A stretch of 64,000 nt of DNA, taken from NCBI RefSeq assembly GCF_009914755.1, contig NC_060938.1, one strand, 5' to 3'. The stretch's first letter is position 1. Every line of letters starts with the position of its first letter. The translations under genes and the position numbers were made by a program. The stretch comes from the human T2T-CHM13v2.0 reference genome, Homo sapiens. The notes under the pieces were generated by a model that worked only from the letters and a program-made list of their open reading frames with translations, was not told the DNA's origin and made no database searches. Of this stretch, positions 26,924 to 50,205 are shown one piece after another.

Positions 26924-27869
26924 GCTGGCACTGTGTTTGAAGGTGGACGAGGTAGATGTCTAAAGTTGGCTTTCACCTGGGTAGTTCCTTTCCTGAAGGG
27001 GCATATATCCTCTTTCTATGCACTCATGATTCCTCCCTCAGCCTTTGGATAGCACATAGAACAATTCTGTCCCTCCATGCAGTCCTCAGGCAGGATGTAA
27101 GCCATGCCTAAATGACTCTTATGCATACAACCTTCCCAGAAAGCAGGAGACTTGGTCCCATTGTTGGTAGAAGTGCAAGTGCAGGTTCATCCCAGCCATA
27201 GCTCTCCCTTGCTGCCTCCAGCTTCCTGCCTGTTAGATTTTTCAGGTCTATGCCACTGTACACCCCAGGGATTCATATCAAGCTTCTGGAGTGGTCTCTC
27301 ACTGATCTTGAAGTGAAGGAAAGGTAGCCCCACCTTATACCCATGGGGGAAATTCTCTCCTTTGATCTTTTATCTCTAACATCTGTCTTGGTTTCTCCAG
27401 ATTCTTAGAGACTGCATGGTGGTTGGTCAGCTAAGACTTGCAAAACTTAAAAACAAGTTTTATTGCAATATAATTTGCATACAATACAACTCATCCTTTT
27501 AAAGTGTGCAATTCAGTGATTTTTAGGATATTCTTAGCATTTTACAACCATCACCAAATCAATTTTAGAAGATTTTTAATCAGCGGAAAAAGAGATTCCA
27601 TACCCATTTGCAGAAACGCCTTATTCCCCTCACTAGCACGCCCAGCCCTAGACAAGCACTAGTCTACTTTCTGTCTGTGGATTTTTCTATTCTGCATCTT
27701 CCATGTAAATGGAATCATACAATATGAAGACTTTTATGACTGGCTTCTTATACATGACTTCTCAAGCTTCATTCATGTAGCACGAGTCAGTACCTCACTT
27801 TTTTATTGCCAAATAATATTCCATTGTATGGAGAAATTTCTATTCATATTCTTTGCCCATATTTTATGA

Positions 27870-28227
<358 letters not shown>

Positions 28228-28239
28228 TATTACTATTTT

Positions 28240-30172
28240 TTTTATTTTAATAGGTTTTATTGGGGGAACAGGTGGTGTTTGATTACATGGATAAGTTCTT
28301 TAGGGGTCATTTCTGAGATTTTGGTGCACCCATCATGTGAGCAGTGTACACTGTACCCAATGTATAGTCTTTTATCCCTCACTCCCCTCCTACCCTTCCC
28401 CCGAGTCCATCAGTTCATTGTATCATTCTTACGTTTTTGTATCCTCATAGCTTAGCTCCCACTTATAAGTGAGAACATACCATGTTTGGTTTTCCATTCC
28501 TGACTTACCTCACATAGAATAATGGTCTCCAACTCCATCCAGGTTGCTGCGAATGCCATTGTTTCATTCTTTTTTTATGGCTGAGTAGTGGTCCATATAT
28601 ATATATGTACAAAATATATATATATGTATATAAAATACACACATATATATTATATATTATATATATATATATAATATATATAAAACATTTTCTTTATCCA
28701 CTCATTGAGTGATGGGCATTTAGGCTGGTTCTGTATTTTTGCAATTGTGAATTGTGCTGCTGTAAACATGTGTGTGCAAGTGTCTTTTTCATATAATGAC
28801 TTCTTTTCCTCTGGTTAGATACCCAGTGGTGGGACTGCTGGATCAAATAGTAGATCTACTTTTAATTCTTTACAAAATCTCCATACTGTTTTTCATAGTG
28901 GTTGAACAAGTTTACATTCCCACCAACAGTGTAAAAGTGTTTCCTTTTCATCACTTCCACGCCAACATCTATTAGTTTTTTATTTTAAAATTATGGCCAT
29001 TCTTGCAGGAGTAGGGTGGTATCACATTGCGGTTTTGATTTGCATTTCCCTGATCATTAGTGATGTTGAGCATTTTTAAAATAGGTTTGTTGGCCATTTG
29101 TGTATCTTCTTTTCAGAACTGTCTATTCATGTCCTTAGCCAAATTTTGATGGGATTATTTGTTTTTTTCTTGCTGATTTGTTTGAGTTCCTTGTAGATTC
29201 TGGATATTGGTCCTTTGTCACAGGCATAGTTTGCAAAGATTTTCTCCCCCTCTGTGGGTTGTCTGTTTACTGATTATTTCTTTTGTGGTGCAGAAGCTCT
29301 TTAGTTTAATTAAGTCCCATCTATTTATCTTTGATTTTGTTGCATTTGCATTTGCATTTGCTTGGTCATGAATTCTTTGCCTAAGCCAAAGTCTAGAAAG
29401 GTTTTTCTGATGTTATCTTCTAGAATTTTTATTTTTTCAGGTCTTAGATTTAAGTCTTTGATCCATCTTGGTTGATTTTTGTATAAGGTAAGAGATGATG
29501 ATCCAGTATTATTATTCGACATGTGGCTTGGCAGTTATCCTAGCACCGTTTGTTGAATAGCTGTCCTTTCCCCACTTTATGTTTTTGCTTGCCTTGTCAA
29601 AGATCAGTTGGCTGTAAGTATTTGGCTTCATTTCTGGGTTCTCTCTTCTGTTCCATTGGCCTATGTGCCTATTTTTATACCAGTATCATGCTGTTTTGGT
29701 GACTATAGCCTTATAGTATAGTTTGAAGTTGGGTAATGTGATGCCTCCGGATTTGTTCTCTTTGCTTAGTCTTGCTTTGGCTATGTGGGCTCTTTTTTAG
29801 TCCATATGAATTTTAGGATTTTTTTTTTCTAGTTCTGTGGAGAATGATGATGTTATTTTGATGGGAGTTGCATTGAATTTGTAGATTGTGTTTGGCAGTA
29901 TGGTTATTTTCGCAATATTGATTCTATCCATCCATGAGCATGGGATGTGTTTCCATTTGTTTGTGTCATCTATGATTTCTTTCAGCAGTGTTTTACAGTT
30001 CTTCTTGTAGAGGGCTTTCACCTACCTGGTTAGCCATATCCCTAGGTTTTGTTTGTTAGTTTTACAGCTATTGTAAAAGAGGTTGAGTTCTTGGTTTGCT
30101 TCTCAGCTTGGTCACTGTTGGTGTATAGCAGTGCTACTGATTTGTGTACATTGATTTTGTATCCTGAAACTT
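28240..30172 (-). mobile_element. 5'-truncated L1PB
   Basis: 3' end 'gggggaacaggtggtgtttgattacatggataagttcttt...gagattttggtgcacccatc'; antisense ORF2 C-terminal peptides in the ORF track. Confidence 0.9.
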
Positions 30173-30362
30173 TGTTCCATTTGGAGCTAATTTTTGTATA
30201 TGGTAAGAGGTAGGAGTCTTAATTCATTATTTTGCATGTGGATATACAGTTGTCCCAGTACCATTTATTGAAGACTATTCTTTACTCATTAAATTGTCTT
30301 GGTACTTTTGTTTAAAATTAATTGACTGTAAATGTAATGGTTCATTTCTCAATTCTATTCTG

Positions 30363-30365
<3 letters not shown>

Positions 30366-30405
<40 letters not shown>
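30366..30405. repeat. (AT)20 microsatellite
   Basis: Uninterrupted. Confidence 0.98.
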
Positions 30406-30408
<3 letters not shown>

Positions 30409-31650
30409 TATTTTATGTCAGTATCTTACTATCTTGATTACTGTAGTTTTATAGTGAGTTAAACAATACGGAACTGTCCAATTTGGTTCTTCTTTTTCAA
30501 GATAGTTTGGCTGTGTTGGGTCCCTTGTATTTCTATACAAATTTTAGGATCTGCTTATCAATTTCTGTAAAGAAGCCAGCTGGGATTTTGATAGGAATTA
30601 TCCATGAACATTGGATATCTTTCCATTTATTTAGATATTCTTTTAATTTCTTTTCATAATGTTTTGTAGTTTTTAGAATATAGGTTTTGTACTACTTCTG
30701 TAGAAGTTATTCCTAAGTATTCTTTTTTGATGCTATTATAAATAGAATTGTATTCTTAATTTATTTTTGAAATGTTCAATGAAAGTGTTTAGAAATATAA
30801 TTGGTTTTTTGTATATTGATCTTGTATTGCAATTTTACTGAATTCATTTATTCTAATATTTTTAGTGTATCTTTTAGGGTTTTTTTTTGTATACAAGATC
30901 ATGCTATCTGCAAATAGAGTTTTACCTCTTCCTTTCCAATCTGGATGCCTTTTATTTCTTTTTCTTGTTTAATTGTCATGGATAAGACCTCCAGTACAAT
31001 GTTGAATATAAATATCAAGACAAGACATCAAGACAATACAGTCTTTTACCCTTAAGTAAGATGTTAGCTGTTGGGTTTTCACAGATGTCATTTTTCAGGT
31101 TAAAGAAGTTTCTTTCTAATCCTAATTTGTTGCATGTGTTTATCATTAAAGGATTTGAATTTATTCAGATTTTAGTTCTGCATTTATTGAGATCATCATG
31201 TGGATTTTATTCTTATTCTATTAATATGCTATATTAATTGATTTTTGGATATTAAACTAACCTTGCTTTCCTGGGATAAATATCACTTGGTTATGGTGTA
31301 TAATTTCTTATATGTGTTGCTGGATTGGTTTGATAGTATTTTATTGAGGATGTTTGTATCCATATTTATGAGTTATTGGTTTGTGAGTTTTTTTTTTTCC
31401 TTCTGATATGTTTGTCTCATTTTGATGTCTGGCTAGTACTGGCCTTATAGCACGAATTGGGAAGTAGTTTTTCCCCCTCTGTATTTTGGAAGAGTTTGGG
31501 AAATCTGGTATTACTTCTTTAAATGTTTAGTAAAAGTCAGTAGTAAAGACATCTGGGCCTGGGCTTTTCTTCACAGCTTTTTTTTGTTATTATTCAAGTA
31601 CAATGTCTTTACTCACTATATGTCTATTTAGATTTTCTATTTATTCTTGA

Positions 31651-32042
<392 letters not shown>

Positions 32043-32419
32043 TATAGTGTTCTTTAATAATTATTTTTATTTCTGTAGGATTGGAATTAAAGTTCTCTCT
32101 TCATTCCTAGTTTTAGTAATTTGAGTCTTCTCTCTCTTTTTCTCTGCCAGTCAAGTTGAAAGTTTGAAACTTTAAACTCTTTTCAGGTAACTGACTTTTG
32201 TGTTCATTGATTTTCTCTATTGTTTTTCTACTGTCTATTTCATTTATTTCTGCTCTAAACTTTATTATACCCTTCTATTTGTTTTGCATTTAAGTTGCTC
32301 TTCTTTTTCCATCATCTTAAGATAGATTATTGATTTGCAATTAAATATTTTAACATTTTTAGAATGGTTTTACATTTTCATATGTTATCACATCATTTAA
32401 AAATCAATCGCCTTTATTT

Positions 32420-32532
32420 AATTTTTTAAAAATTTGTTATTGATGCATAATATTTATACATATTTATGGAGTACATGTGATATTTTATTACATGCATAGA
32501 CTGTGTAATGATCAAGTCAGAGTATTTGGGGT
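32420..32532 (-). mobile_element. L1MA 3' terminal fragment
   Basis: 'catatttatggagtacatgtgatattt...tgtaatgatcaagtcagagtatttgggg'. Confidence 0.8.
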
Positions 32533-32534
32533 GC

Positions 32535-34644
<2,110 letters not shown>

Positions 34645-34646
34645 TA

Positions 34647-35872
<1,226 letters not shown>

Positions 35873-36060
35873 GCAAAACTAGTTTTTAACCAACTCCTGA
35901 GCAGGTCCTTTGAAGTGAGTACTTGCTTGTCATGTGCTGGGGCTGATCCACAACTTAGACCGAGTGCCATTGTAACATCCTGGTACCTTTATAAGAAGAT
36001 TCTTTGGCACTTTACCATCCCACTTTAACGAGATCTGCAATAGATGTGCATTTATCTGAC

Positions 36061-36248
36061 TTTTTTTTGAGACTGAGTCTCGCTGGGTTAACCAGGCTGG
36101 ATTGCAGTGGCACGATCTTAGCTCAATGCAACCTCTGCCTCCTGGGCTCAAGTGATCCTCCCACCTCAGCCTCCTGAGTGGCTAGGACTACAGGCACACA
36201 TCAGTATGCCTGGCTAATTTTTGTACAGGCGCGAGCCACCATGCTCCG
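36061..36248 (-). mobile_element. AluJ with most of the left arm deleted
   Basis: 'gctaatttttgtacaggcgcgagccacc' fusion junction. Confidence 0.85.
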
Positions 36249-36829
36249 TTTATTTGACATTCCTATGATATTAAGCAAAGTCTCAGGGCAAGAAGTATCA
36301 AGTGGTTGTGACATAGCCAGAAGTTAGATTTCAGATGTTCATGATGGTTACTTTTAGTTTAATTTAGGCATATCCTGTGCCACTTGTATAGCTGTAATGT
36401 AAGTTAAGCAGAGTAAACATGCATTCCTTCTAGATTATGTGGTTAACTCGGACAAGCATGTGTTACATGTGTGAGGAAGTGTGGAGAGAGGAGATGGGAA
36501 ATGGAGGGATGGAGATTGTAAATATTTGCAATAGACAAGGCCTGGCTCGTGATCCAGAGAGGAGCCCAGGCAGCAGCCTAAGGGCAAAACTCTTAGGAAG
36601 GCACATGACATCAGGAGTATGACAGCTTGAAAATTCTTCTTGGTGCAAACCCCACAAAAGTAGGGGTTGAAGTAGGGTGTGTCCTGGCCTACTTCCTTGT
36701 TTCTTGGCTTTCAAGTAAACTAAAGTTGGGCTTTGGCTCTTGGAGGACTGACTGGCCAGCACTGACTCCTAGGGGAAGCTGGTATCCACTGTGCCTTTGA
36801 GCCTCCCCAGGGATTGGATACCAGCCATG

Positions 36830-36960
36830 GCTGCTCTGCCAACTTGCTGTGTGACCTTGGGCAAGCTCCTTGACCTAACTGAGCCTCAGCTTCCTTATCT
36901 GGAAAATGAGACTGGATGGGACTGAGTAAATTATCTCTAGAGTCTCTTCCAGCTCTAATC
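36830..36960 (+). mobile_element. MIR
   Basis: 'ctgtgtgaccttgggcaag...ctgagcctcagcttccttatctggaaaatgag' core. Confidence 0.85.
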
Positions 36961-37764
36961 CCCTATGTCAGATTTCATGGCTGGTTTGAGCCCATTTTCC
37001 ATTATAAAATGAACCCAAGAGAAAACTAGAGTGCTGTTTCTGTATAGCTGCAATGTAAGCTAAGCAGAGTAAACAGATGCATTTACAGTTTTTGGTTTGG
37101 TATTTTTCTTCTTTCCTTTCCTTCTCTCCCTACCCTTGCCCATGCTATTCTTCCCTGTATTTTTTCAGAGACCCAAACCTCCCTTAATCTTTAAACTGGG
37201 ATGACATTGAAAAAGACATGAGGCTTCCCATAAATACTTTAATGAAGTAGAATGACTGTTTTAGTTAGTGAAGGAAACCTCTGCAAACCAGCATGAGAAA
37301 CAGTTCCTGAGAGTGTGCCTCAATTATGTTTTCATCCAGGGCATTTTCAGTGAACAAAACATAGTTCAATGAAAGAGAAGCAAAGAAAATTTATTTGTAC
37401 CCATTTGCATTCTCTTCATAGGGTGATGAATAATTCTGGGAACCATGGTAAAAATTACAACAAAGAATTCTGTTGTTACTCAGTTGGCAAACATCACACT
37501 TTAGTTCTTTTCCATATGCAAAAGATTAGGTAAGTGGCCAAATACTGTTAGATTGCAAGAGTTTTGTTTGCTAAAAGCTCACTGAATTTTTCATCGATGT
37601 TCTACCTGCCCCTCCTGAAAACCACTGCAATGTCTTTTCTGCTGCATATCAGAAAATGCATTAGGGGTGTTTTCTGAACAGGGGGAGCGGAAAAAGGAGA
37701 AATAGTGTCAGAGATAGTAAATTAGTGCAAAAGTAACCAACCTAATAGGTTTGGCAGAGGCCTA

Positions 37765-38086
<322 letters not shown>

Positions 38087-39404
38087 GGGCGGTCTAGAGT
38101 GATAAGAGTACAGCATTTGGAGCCAAAGGCCAGAGGTCTCAATCCGATCCCACCTTCAGAACCTTAGCCCTTCCAACTACAGATCTACCATAGAACAACA
38201 AATGAGACTTACTTTACATGATTGTTGTGAATATCAAAAAAAGAATTGTAAACATGCTTTGAAAACAGTAACTCATTTTGTCCACTGTCATGAAGAGGTC
38301 ATGCTTCTTGGAAACAGAAAAGCATTTCCAACCAACAGGATTGTTGTGAGGAAGGCTGTATCTGGGGACGGTGAAGGCTTCCGTGATTTGTTCCCCATTC
38401 TTTCCACAGGTGTCTCTTCCTGTAGCAACGTACTTGTAACCACTGAGGCAAGGCCCCAGGGGAATTGCCACAGGGGGATTTGCCCCAGGGGAATTGCTAC
38501 AGGTGTGGGAACCAGCCTTGGGGACCCAGACTGGGGAGTTATTTGAGGACCTTGTGATGCACAAGTGAAGGGCTGACACACCACAGGGGCTCAGAAAATG
38601 ACCACAGCCTGCCTCCAAGGACCATGTCATCCCTCCTTCCTTGCCAGAACGTGTGTTGGTCTTAGATGGATGGTTAAGCCCTTCCCTCTCTGAAGGTTCA
38701 AATAAACATCCTAAAGAACTACAGAGTCAGATTCGGAGGTCTAGGAATCACTTTTTTTAGTTAACTCATTTCCTTCTACTGTTTGAGGGTGAGCATGGTC
38801 TTGTTCTTTAGGCGTCCAGAGTCCTCACTCCTCCCAGCTTTACTCCTTTCCTTCGATTTTCCATCCCCCATCCCATCCCACAGCCTTCCCTCCCTGGGAG
38901 TCCTATGCCCCTCTTAGAGATCTTCATTCCTTCTTATGGAATAAAGAAATCCTAACCTCATGTTCCTGTTATGTTGCAAACTCTGGCTCCTTGGGTTTCC
39001 ATAGGATGGTAATGGAGGGTTTCCTTTGCTGACTGTAAGTGGTGTGTGGTGGGTGGGGGTAGCAGAGGGGTAAATTGGCTATGGAAGGAAAAGGAAATGT
39101 GGCATGTGAAGCGGTTTCTGATTCAGTTCAGGTTAGGTGCTCTACCAGCCAAAATTGGGGTGAGTTTCCTCCTAAATTAACCTACAAGGAAACATACCTA
39201 TGTGTCTCTGGGCAAAACAGATGTATGGAAAATTCTGTGTATGTATGGGGGTGGGGGCAGGTGGAGAGAGAGAGATAAAGAAGAGAAAGAGAAGAGGAGG
39301 AGGAGTAAAAGGAAGGAGAAAGGGAACAGAAGGGAAGGGAATGGGGAAAGGGTTCTTAATCCCATTCCATTTTTAAGTGGAATAATTTTAAATTGTAATT
39401 TAAT

Positions 39405-39724
<320 letters not shown>

Positions 39725-39741
39725 TCTACTTCAAAAAATTT

Positions 39742-40500
39742 CAACTGAGAGCATAGATAGATGGTTGAAAGCCATTTGAAGTGTAAACTATAATATCCAT
39801 ATGACAATGAGAGACATTCAGAACAAACTCAAGTACATAATAATTACAGCCGTCTGGGTGTGGTCTTGAGGCTCCATAATGAATTTCCATAATGAATAGC
39901 AAAGATAGCACTATCAAATCTATAACAAGTGGATCACATATCTGATTGAATGTTTCTTTAACTCGACCAAAAGAAGTTGGCAAATCAGCACATTTTCACC
40001 CACACATCATTTAAAAATAAGGCAAAACAAGCACAATCAAATGTCAAATTCATTAATGGCCTTTTAGTCCAATCAGAAGGTAAAGATGCAGTTGACTTTG
40101 GTCTCTCACTCAGAGTTAAGGCATGTCTTTTGAACTTGTAAAAATGCATCAGTTGAGCTTGGCTGTCTCTTCCTGAATTTAAACACATTCAGTCAGATCC
40201 ATAGCATAGGGATCAACCAAGTTTTCACCTATTAAGTCTTTCTTAAAGTCTGAAAGAAGCTTCAAGCAATTTTTATTTGCTTTCCATTGTATTATTTCTA
40301 GCCCAGACAGCTTTCTTGTTATCCATAAGACTTTCTGAGACTCTTTCAAAATTTGTATAATTGATTTTGAAACGTCATGGCAATAATGATTGTTCGATGA
40401 TCAGTTTTATCATGCAAGAGACATAAATGTTTAGGCTCATTTGTGCTTCCATAACAGTAAAGCCCAGGTTTTAAATAAGCATCAAAGTACATCCTATACT
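39742..40500 (-). mobile_element. hAT-Charlie transposase fossil, N-terminal half
   Basis: Manual translation: RMYFDAYLK.GF, LLEASF, IGENLVDPYAMDL, FTF*LD*, GENVLICQLL, SHCH, collinear with Charlie/ZBED5-type transposase N half. Confidence 0.6.
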
Positions 40501-40550
40501 TTTTAAATTGCTCATAGATTTTTACACTGATTCACCTGTTATGGTTTTGA

Positions 40551-40885
<335 letters not shown>

Positions 40886-41100
40886 AACTCACCTTATTTT
40901 TATACGAAGGTACCTAGAGGTAGTGAGCATTAATTCAGTTAGCATGAGCCGACGCTCATGTACACTTGCACACTGAGCTCAGGAGAGGCAGCAGGCGCCA
41001 AAGCCATGCCATGGCCATATAGCTTAGTCACACCCCAATTTATTTAGCTCATTTGGCCTCAAAGGGTCTGAGTCTTGATTTTCTCAGTAAGCATCAGTGT

Positions 41101-41790
41101 TCTCAGCTGGTCAGTGGTAAAAATAGCATCTAACCTGTGTAAAGAACTGTGGTTTGAATACCGGCCTTTTTAGAGAAAGTTGAAAGCTTGTGCTAGCCCA
41201 TATCTGTATGTGATCTCAGCTAGGAGAAGGCGCTCATTAAAATTTTCAGGCAAAGAATCAAATGGTTGTTTGTTTTTGTGGAGAAAACTTAAGACCTGTG
41301 GCAAAAGTAAAGGCATAAATGGGTGAATGATTTCATTGTTGACCTTGATGATAAAAAGTGACTCACTAAGTTGCTTTTCACAACAACATTCTTTTCAAGA
41401 CTGAAAGCTCTCAACACAAAGGCAAAAATAAATATTTTGAAATTGCATTTGATTTGATCTCAAGTAAAAAGAAGTTTGAGAGTCAGATAAAGACAGTTGA
41501 TTATGGAGACCATGAGTCACTTAAAATTTTTTATCTACATCCAAAATTACATCATTGCTGGGAAAATAAGGAATAATGTTGCCAGTCATCTTTTATCATG
41601 GAAAAAGCCACTTTACCTATGTTCTCTGAGATGGTAAAAGAGCCCAAAGAGGCTCCTTCAAATCAGCATGTGATATGAGCAACTTGTCCCCTTCACAAAG
41701 ACACATTTGTTGAGTTTGCATCGACTGAATTTCAGTAGCCTGAAAACATTGTGTTACATTACCTTTTACATATAATTCTGGCATCTCCCC
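41101..41790 (+). mobile_element. hAT-Charlie transposase fossil, C-terminal half
   Basis: VVKI, LNTGLFR, LS*EKALIKIF, DDKK*LTKLLF...FSRLKALN, compared with VKIVN..LNSRLF, WLSRGKVL.RFF, WL.KLAYL.DIF..LN.LN. Confidence 0.55.
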
Positions 41791-42030
41791 TGGGTAGTTA
41801 CTGTGATATTTGTTAGACTGTTAAAACAAGAAGTTGTAGCTGTTATGTTAGTATAATCTGTGTTTATAAATATTAGAAGAGAAATTGCTTCTATGGTGAA
41901 TGTCTTCTAATACGTCCTCTTCATGCCCCAGCTGGCTTCAGAACCCAGAAGTCCCAGCTCTCTGTCCTGCTGAAGCAGCCCACACTTTTCACTGCTCCGT
42001 TTTCTCTGTCACTTTTCCTGTGTTTTTCAG

Positions 42031-42166
42031 ACTTGGACAAGCAGGTCACACAGCGATCACCTCCTCCTTGCAGTAGAGTGAAAAGAGCTCTTCTTGACCC
42101 AGGAGTTCTTTGCAAAGTGCTCTCTAAAGTCGTTTTTGGCCCATTGGCCCTATTCCAAGTTATATG
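42031..42166 (+). other. Isolated candidate internal exon (136 nt)
   Basis: Acceptor ttttctctgtcacttttcctgtgtttttcAG; donor ATG|GTAGGT. Confidence 0.3.
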
Positions 42167-42578
42167 GTAGGTACATGATAAAAGTTCCTGTTGAATGCTC
42201 TTCATTGCTATGTTTTATGGGCTTTTCCATTCTGGGTACTTGGGCTCTCAATCCAGTTTTTGAAAAGTCTTCTTTCACTGTTGCACTCTCTTTGCCTTTG
42301 CTGGTTTTGGGTGTCTGGTATTTTTGGTCTGTGACACTTTTTTTCCTGGGTTTTCAGTAGGTGGTCATTTAAATAATTTCTAGGCTTTCTGTGCTTTTCC
42401 CTTTCTTTTTCCCCTCTTTTTCTTTTTAAAAATATCTTATCTTGTAACTCTTCCTTTACATATTTTTTGAACTAGTATCAAATTTCCCTTTTCTAAAATT
42501 GAATACCTAGGCAATGGATATCCTTGGTTTTTCCCTCTCCCTGTGGAGAGTGGAGTCAGGGTAGGGATGGGGTTGAAC

Positions 42579-43601
<1,023 letters not shown>

Positions 43602-43604
43602 TAA

Positions 43605-43830
43605 TAATAGCACTTATTAAGCATTTACCACCTAACTAACGATCAGGTTTTTTGCTAAGTGACTTGTATGCACTATCTCATTTGAGTCTTATGACAATTA
43701 TAGCAGGAGGACTATATTATTTTCCCCCATTTAAAATGTAAGAAAGCTGGAGTTCAGACAGGCCAAGTGACTTGCCCAAAGTCTCATAGCTAGTAAGCAG
43801 CTGAAGTGAACTTCACACCCAGTCCAAAGC
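43605..43830 (-). mobile_element. MIR
   Basis: 'aataatagcacttattaagcatttacc', 'aagtgacttgcccaaagtctcatagctagtaag'. Confidence 0.75.
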
Positions 43831-43864
43831 TTTGGCAGCTATGTACGTGATCACACTGTTAAAG

Positions 43865-44269
43865 AGTGTCCATCAATGGATGAATGGATAAAGAAAAGCA
43901 GTAGATAGTATTTTATGGAATACTATTCAACCATAAAAAGAATGACGTCCTCTTATTTGCAGAAACTTGATGAAACTGGGGATCATTATGTTGAGTGAAA
44001 TAAGCCCGACACAGACAAATACTGCATGTTCTGACTTACATGTGGGAGCTTAAAAAGTTGATCTTATGGAGGTAGGGAGTAGAATGATGGTTACCAGAGG
44101 CAAGGGGTGTATGGATGAAAGAGGGCGATAAAGATAGGTTGGTTAATGGGTACAAACATATAGTTAGATAGAAGGAATGAGTTCTAATATTTCATAGCAG
44201 AGTAGGGTGGTTATAGTTAACAACTAAGTATTGTGTATTTCATAACAGCTAGTAGAGAGACTTGAAATG
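43865..44269 (+). mobile_element. L1MA 3' fragment, terminal part missing
   Basis: 'ttggttaatgggtacaaacatatagttagatagaaggaatgagttcta' ... 'gacttgaaatg', then abrupt switch. Confidence 0.85.
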
Positions 44270-44748
44270 CTATTCCTTTCTGTTGTTAGTTTTCCTTCTA
44301 ACAGTCAGGACCCTCAGCTGCAGGTCTGTTGGAGTTTGCTGGAGGTTCACTCCAGACCCTGTTTGCCTGGGTATCACCAGCGGAGGCTGCCTGATGCTTC
44401 CTCTGGAAGCTTCATCTCAGAGGGGCACTTGGCTGTATGAGGTGTCAGTCAGCCCCTACTGGCACGTGTCTCCCAGTTAGGCTACACGGGAGTCAGAGAC
44501 CCACTTGAGGAGGCAGTCTGTCCGTTCTCAGAGCTCAAACTCCGTGCTGGGAGAACCACTGCTCTCTTCAGAGCTGTCAGGGACATTTAAGTCTGCAGAA
44601 GTTTCTGCTGCCTTTTGTTCAGCTACGCCCTGCCCCCCAGAGATGGAGTCTACAGAGGCAGGCAGGCCTCCTTGAGCTGTAGTGGGCTCCACCCAGTTTG
44701 AGCTTCCCGGCCACTTTGTTTACTTACTCAAGCTTCAGCAATGGCAGA
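44270..44748 (-). mobile_element. Inverted L1PA 5'UTR segment (antisense-promoter region)
   Basis: Antisense L1 5'UTR 'ttagttttccttctaacagtcaggaccctcagctgcaggtc...ctcaagcttcagcaatggc'. Confidence 0.93.
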
Positions 44749-49160
<4,412 letters not shown>

Positions 49161-49589
49161 ACCTTGTTGTAGCCGGGGTTCACAACCAGATTGGCCTGGC
49201 TGTGATGTCTGGGCTCCTTCCACTATAGCATCTCTGCCTCTCTCATTATCATATGCTATTTACATTCAACCTTGGGGTGTGTAATTGAATAGTCTTGTGA
49301 CTAGTGGCCCATGATGGAAAGGTAATATCCCTACATTCCCTCTAAAGATGTTTAAGCCATGATATGGCTGAACAACTGTAGTCAAAAATGGGTATTAAAA
49401 AAGTCAAATGATCTAATGTATATTGAAGTTTGAATAATTTGCAACATGTTAAATGATATTGAGAGGTTATTTCCATATCCGATGCAAAAGAATCATCAGC
49501 CCTGTTTGAGCCTGTTGATGACATTCCCTGTGGGTCATATTGCCCACATTTTTGAAATAGACAAGTGTGAACTTGTAAAGGTCTTAAAT

Positions 49590-50205
49590 TCATTCATTTA
49601 TTCCCTCATTCATTAATCCATTTGTTCAATCCATTTTATATTTATTAAGTTCCAACAATGTGCCAGCTACTATTGTAGGTAATGTGACTATAAAGACAGA
49701 TGAAGCTGCTGTTTTCTCAGATTGTAGTCTGAGGTTTAAGCAGGGGCTCATGAACTGGTCTCATGTATGTTTTTAAAAGATCACTCTGGCTGCTAGGAGG
49801 AGAATGGGGCAAGAGAGGAGGGAGGTGGACTAGTTGGGAGTATTTTATTGTATTCTAGGCAAGGAATGATGGTAGCTTGGATCATCAAGGGTGAGAGAGG
49901 TGAAAGGGATATGAGGAGGTTGGGTTCAGGATACATTTTGAAGGAAAAGCCATTTGGCTTTTGCCAATAGACTGGTTGCGGGCAGTGAGAGAGAGCTGAA
50001 GATGATTACCAGTTTTTTGACCCAAGCAGCTGGATGAATGCAAACACCTTTGTCCGTGTAGTGGAGCTGCGTGGGAACAACAGGCTTGGGAAGGAATGCA
50101 GATCAGTGTTCTGTTTTGGGGGCTTTATGTTTGAGATGTCCATCAGGCATATTCCTGTGGCCTTGTCCAGGTGTGGAGGCTGGGTGGGTCTGGAGCTCAG
50201 AAAAG
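49590..50205 (-). mobile_element. L2 fragments
   Basis: (cattcatt) terminus, 'ttttaaaagatcactctggctgct', 'tttgagatgtccatcaggcat'. Confidence 0.75.
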
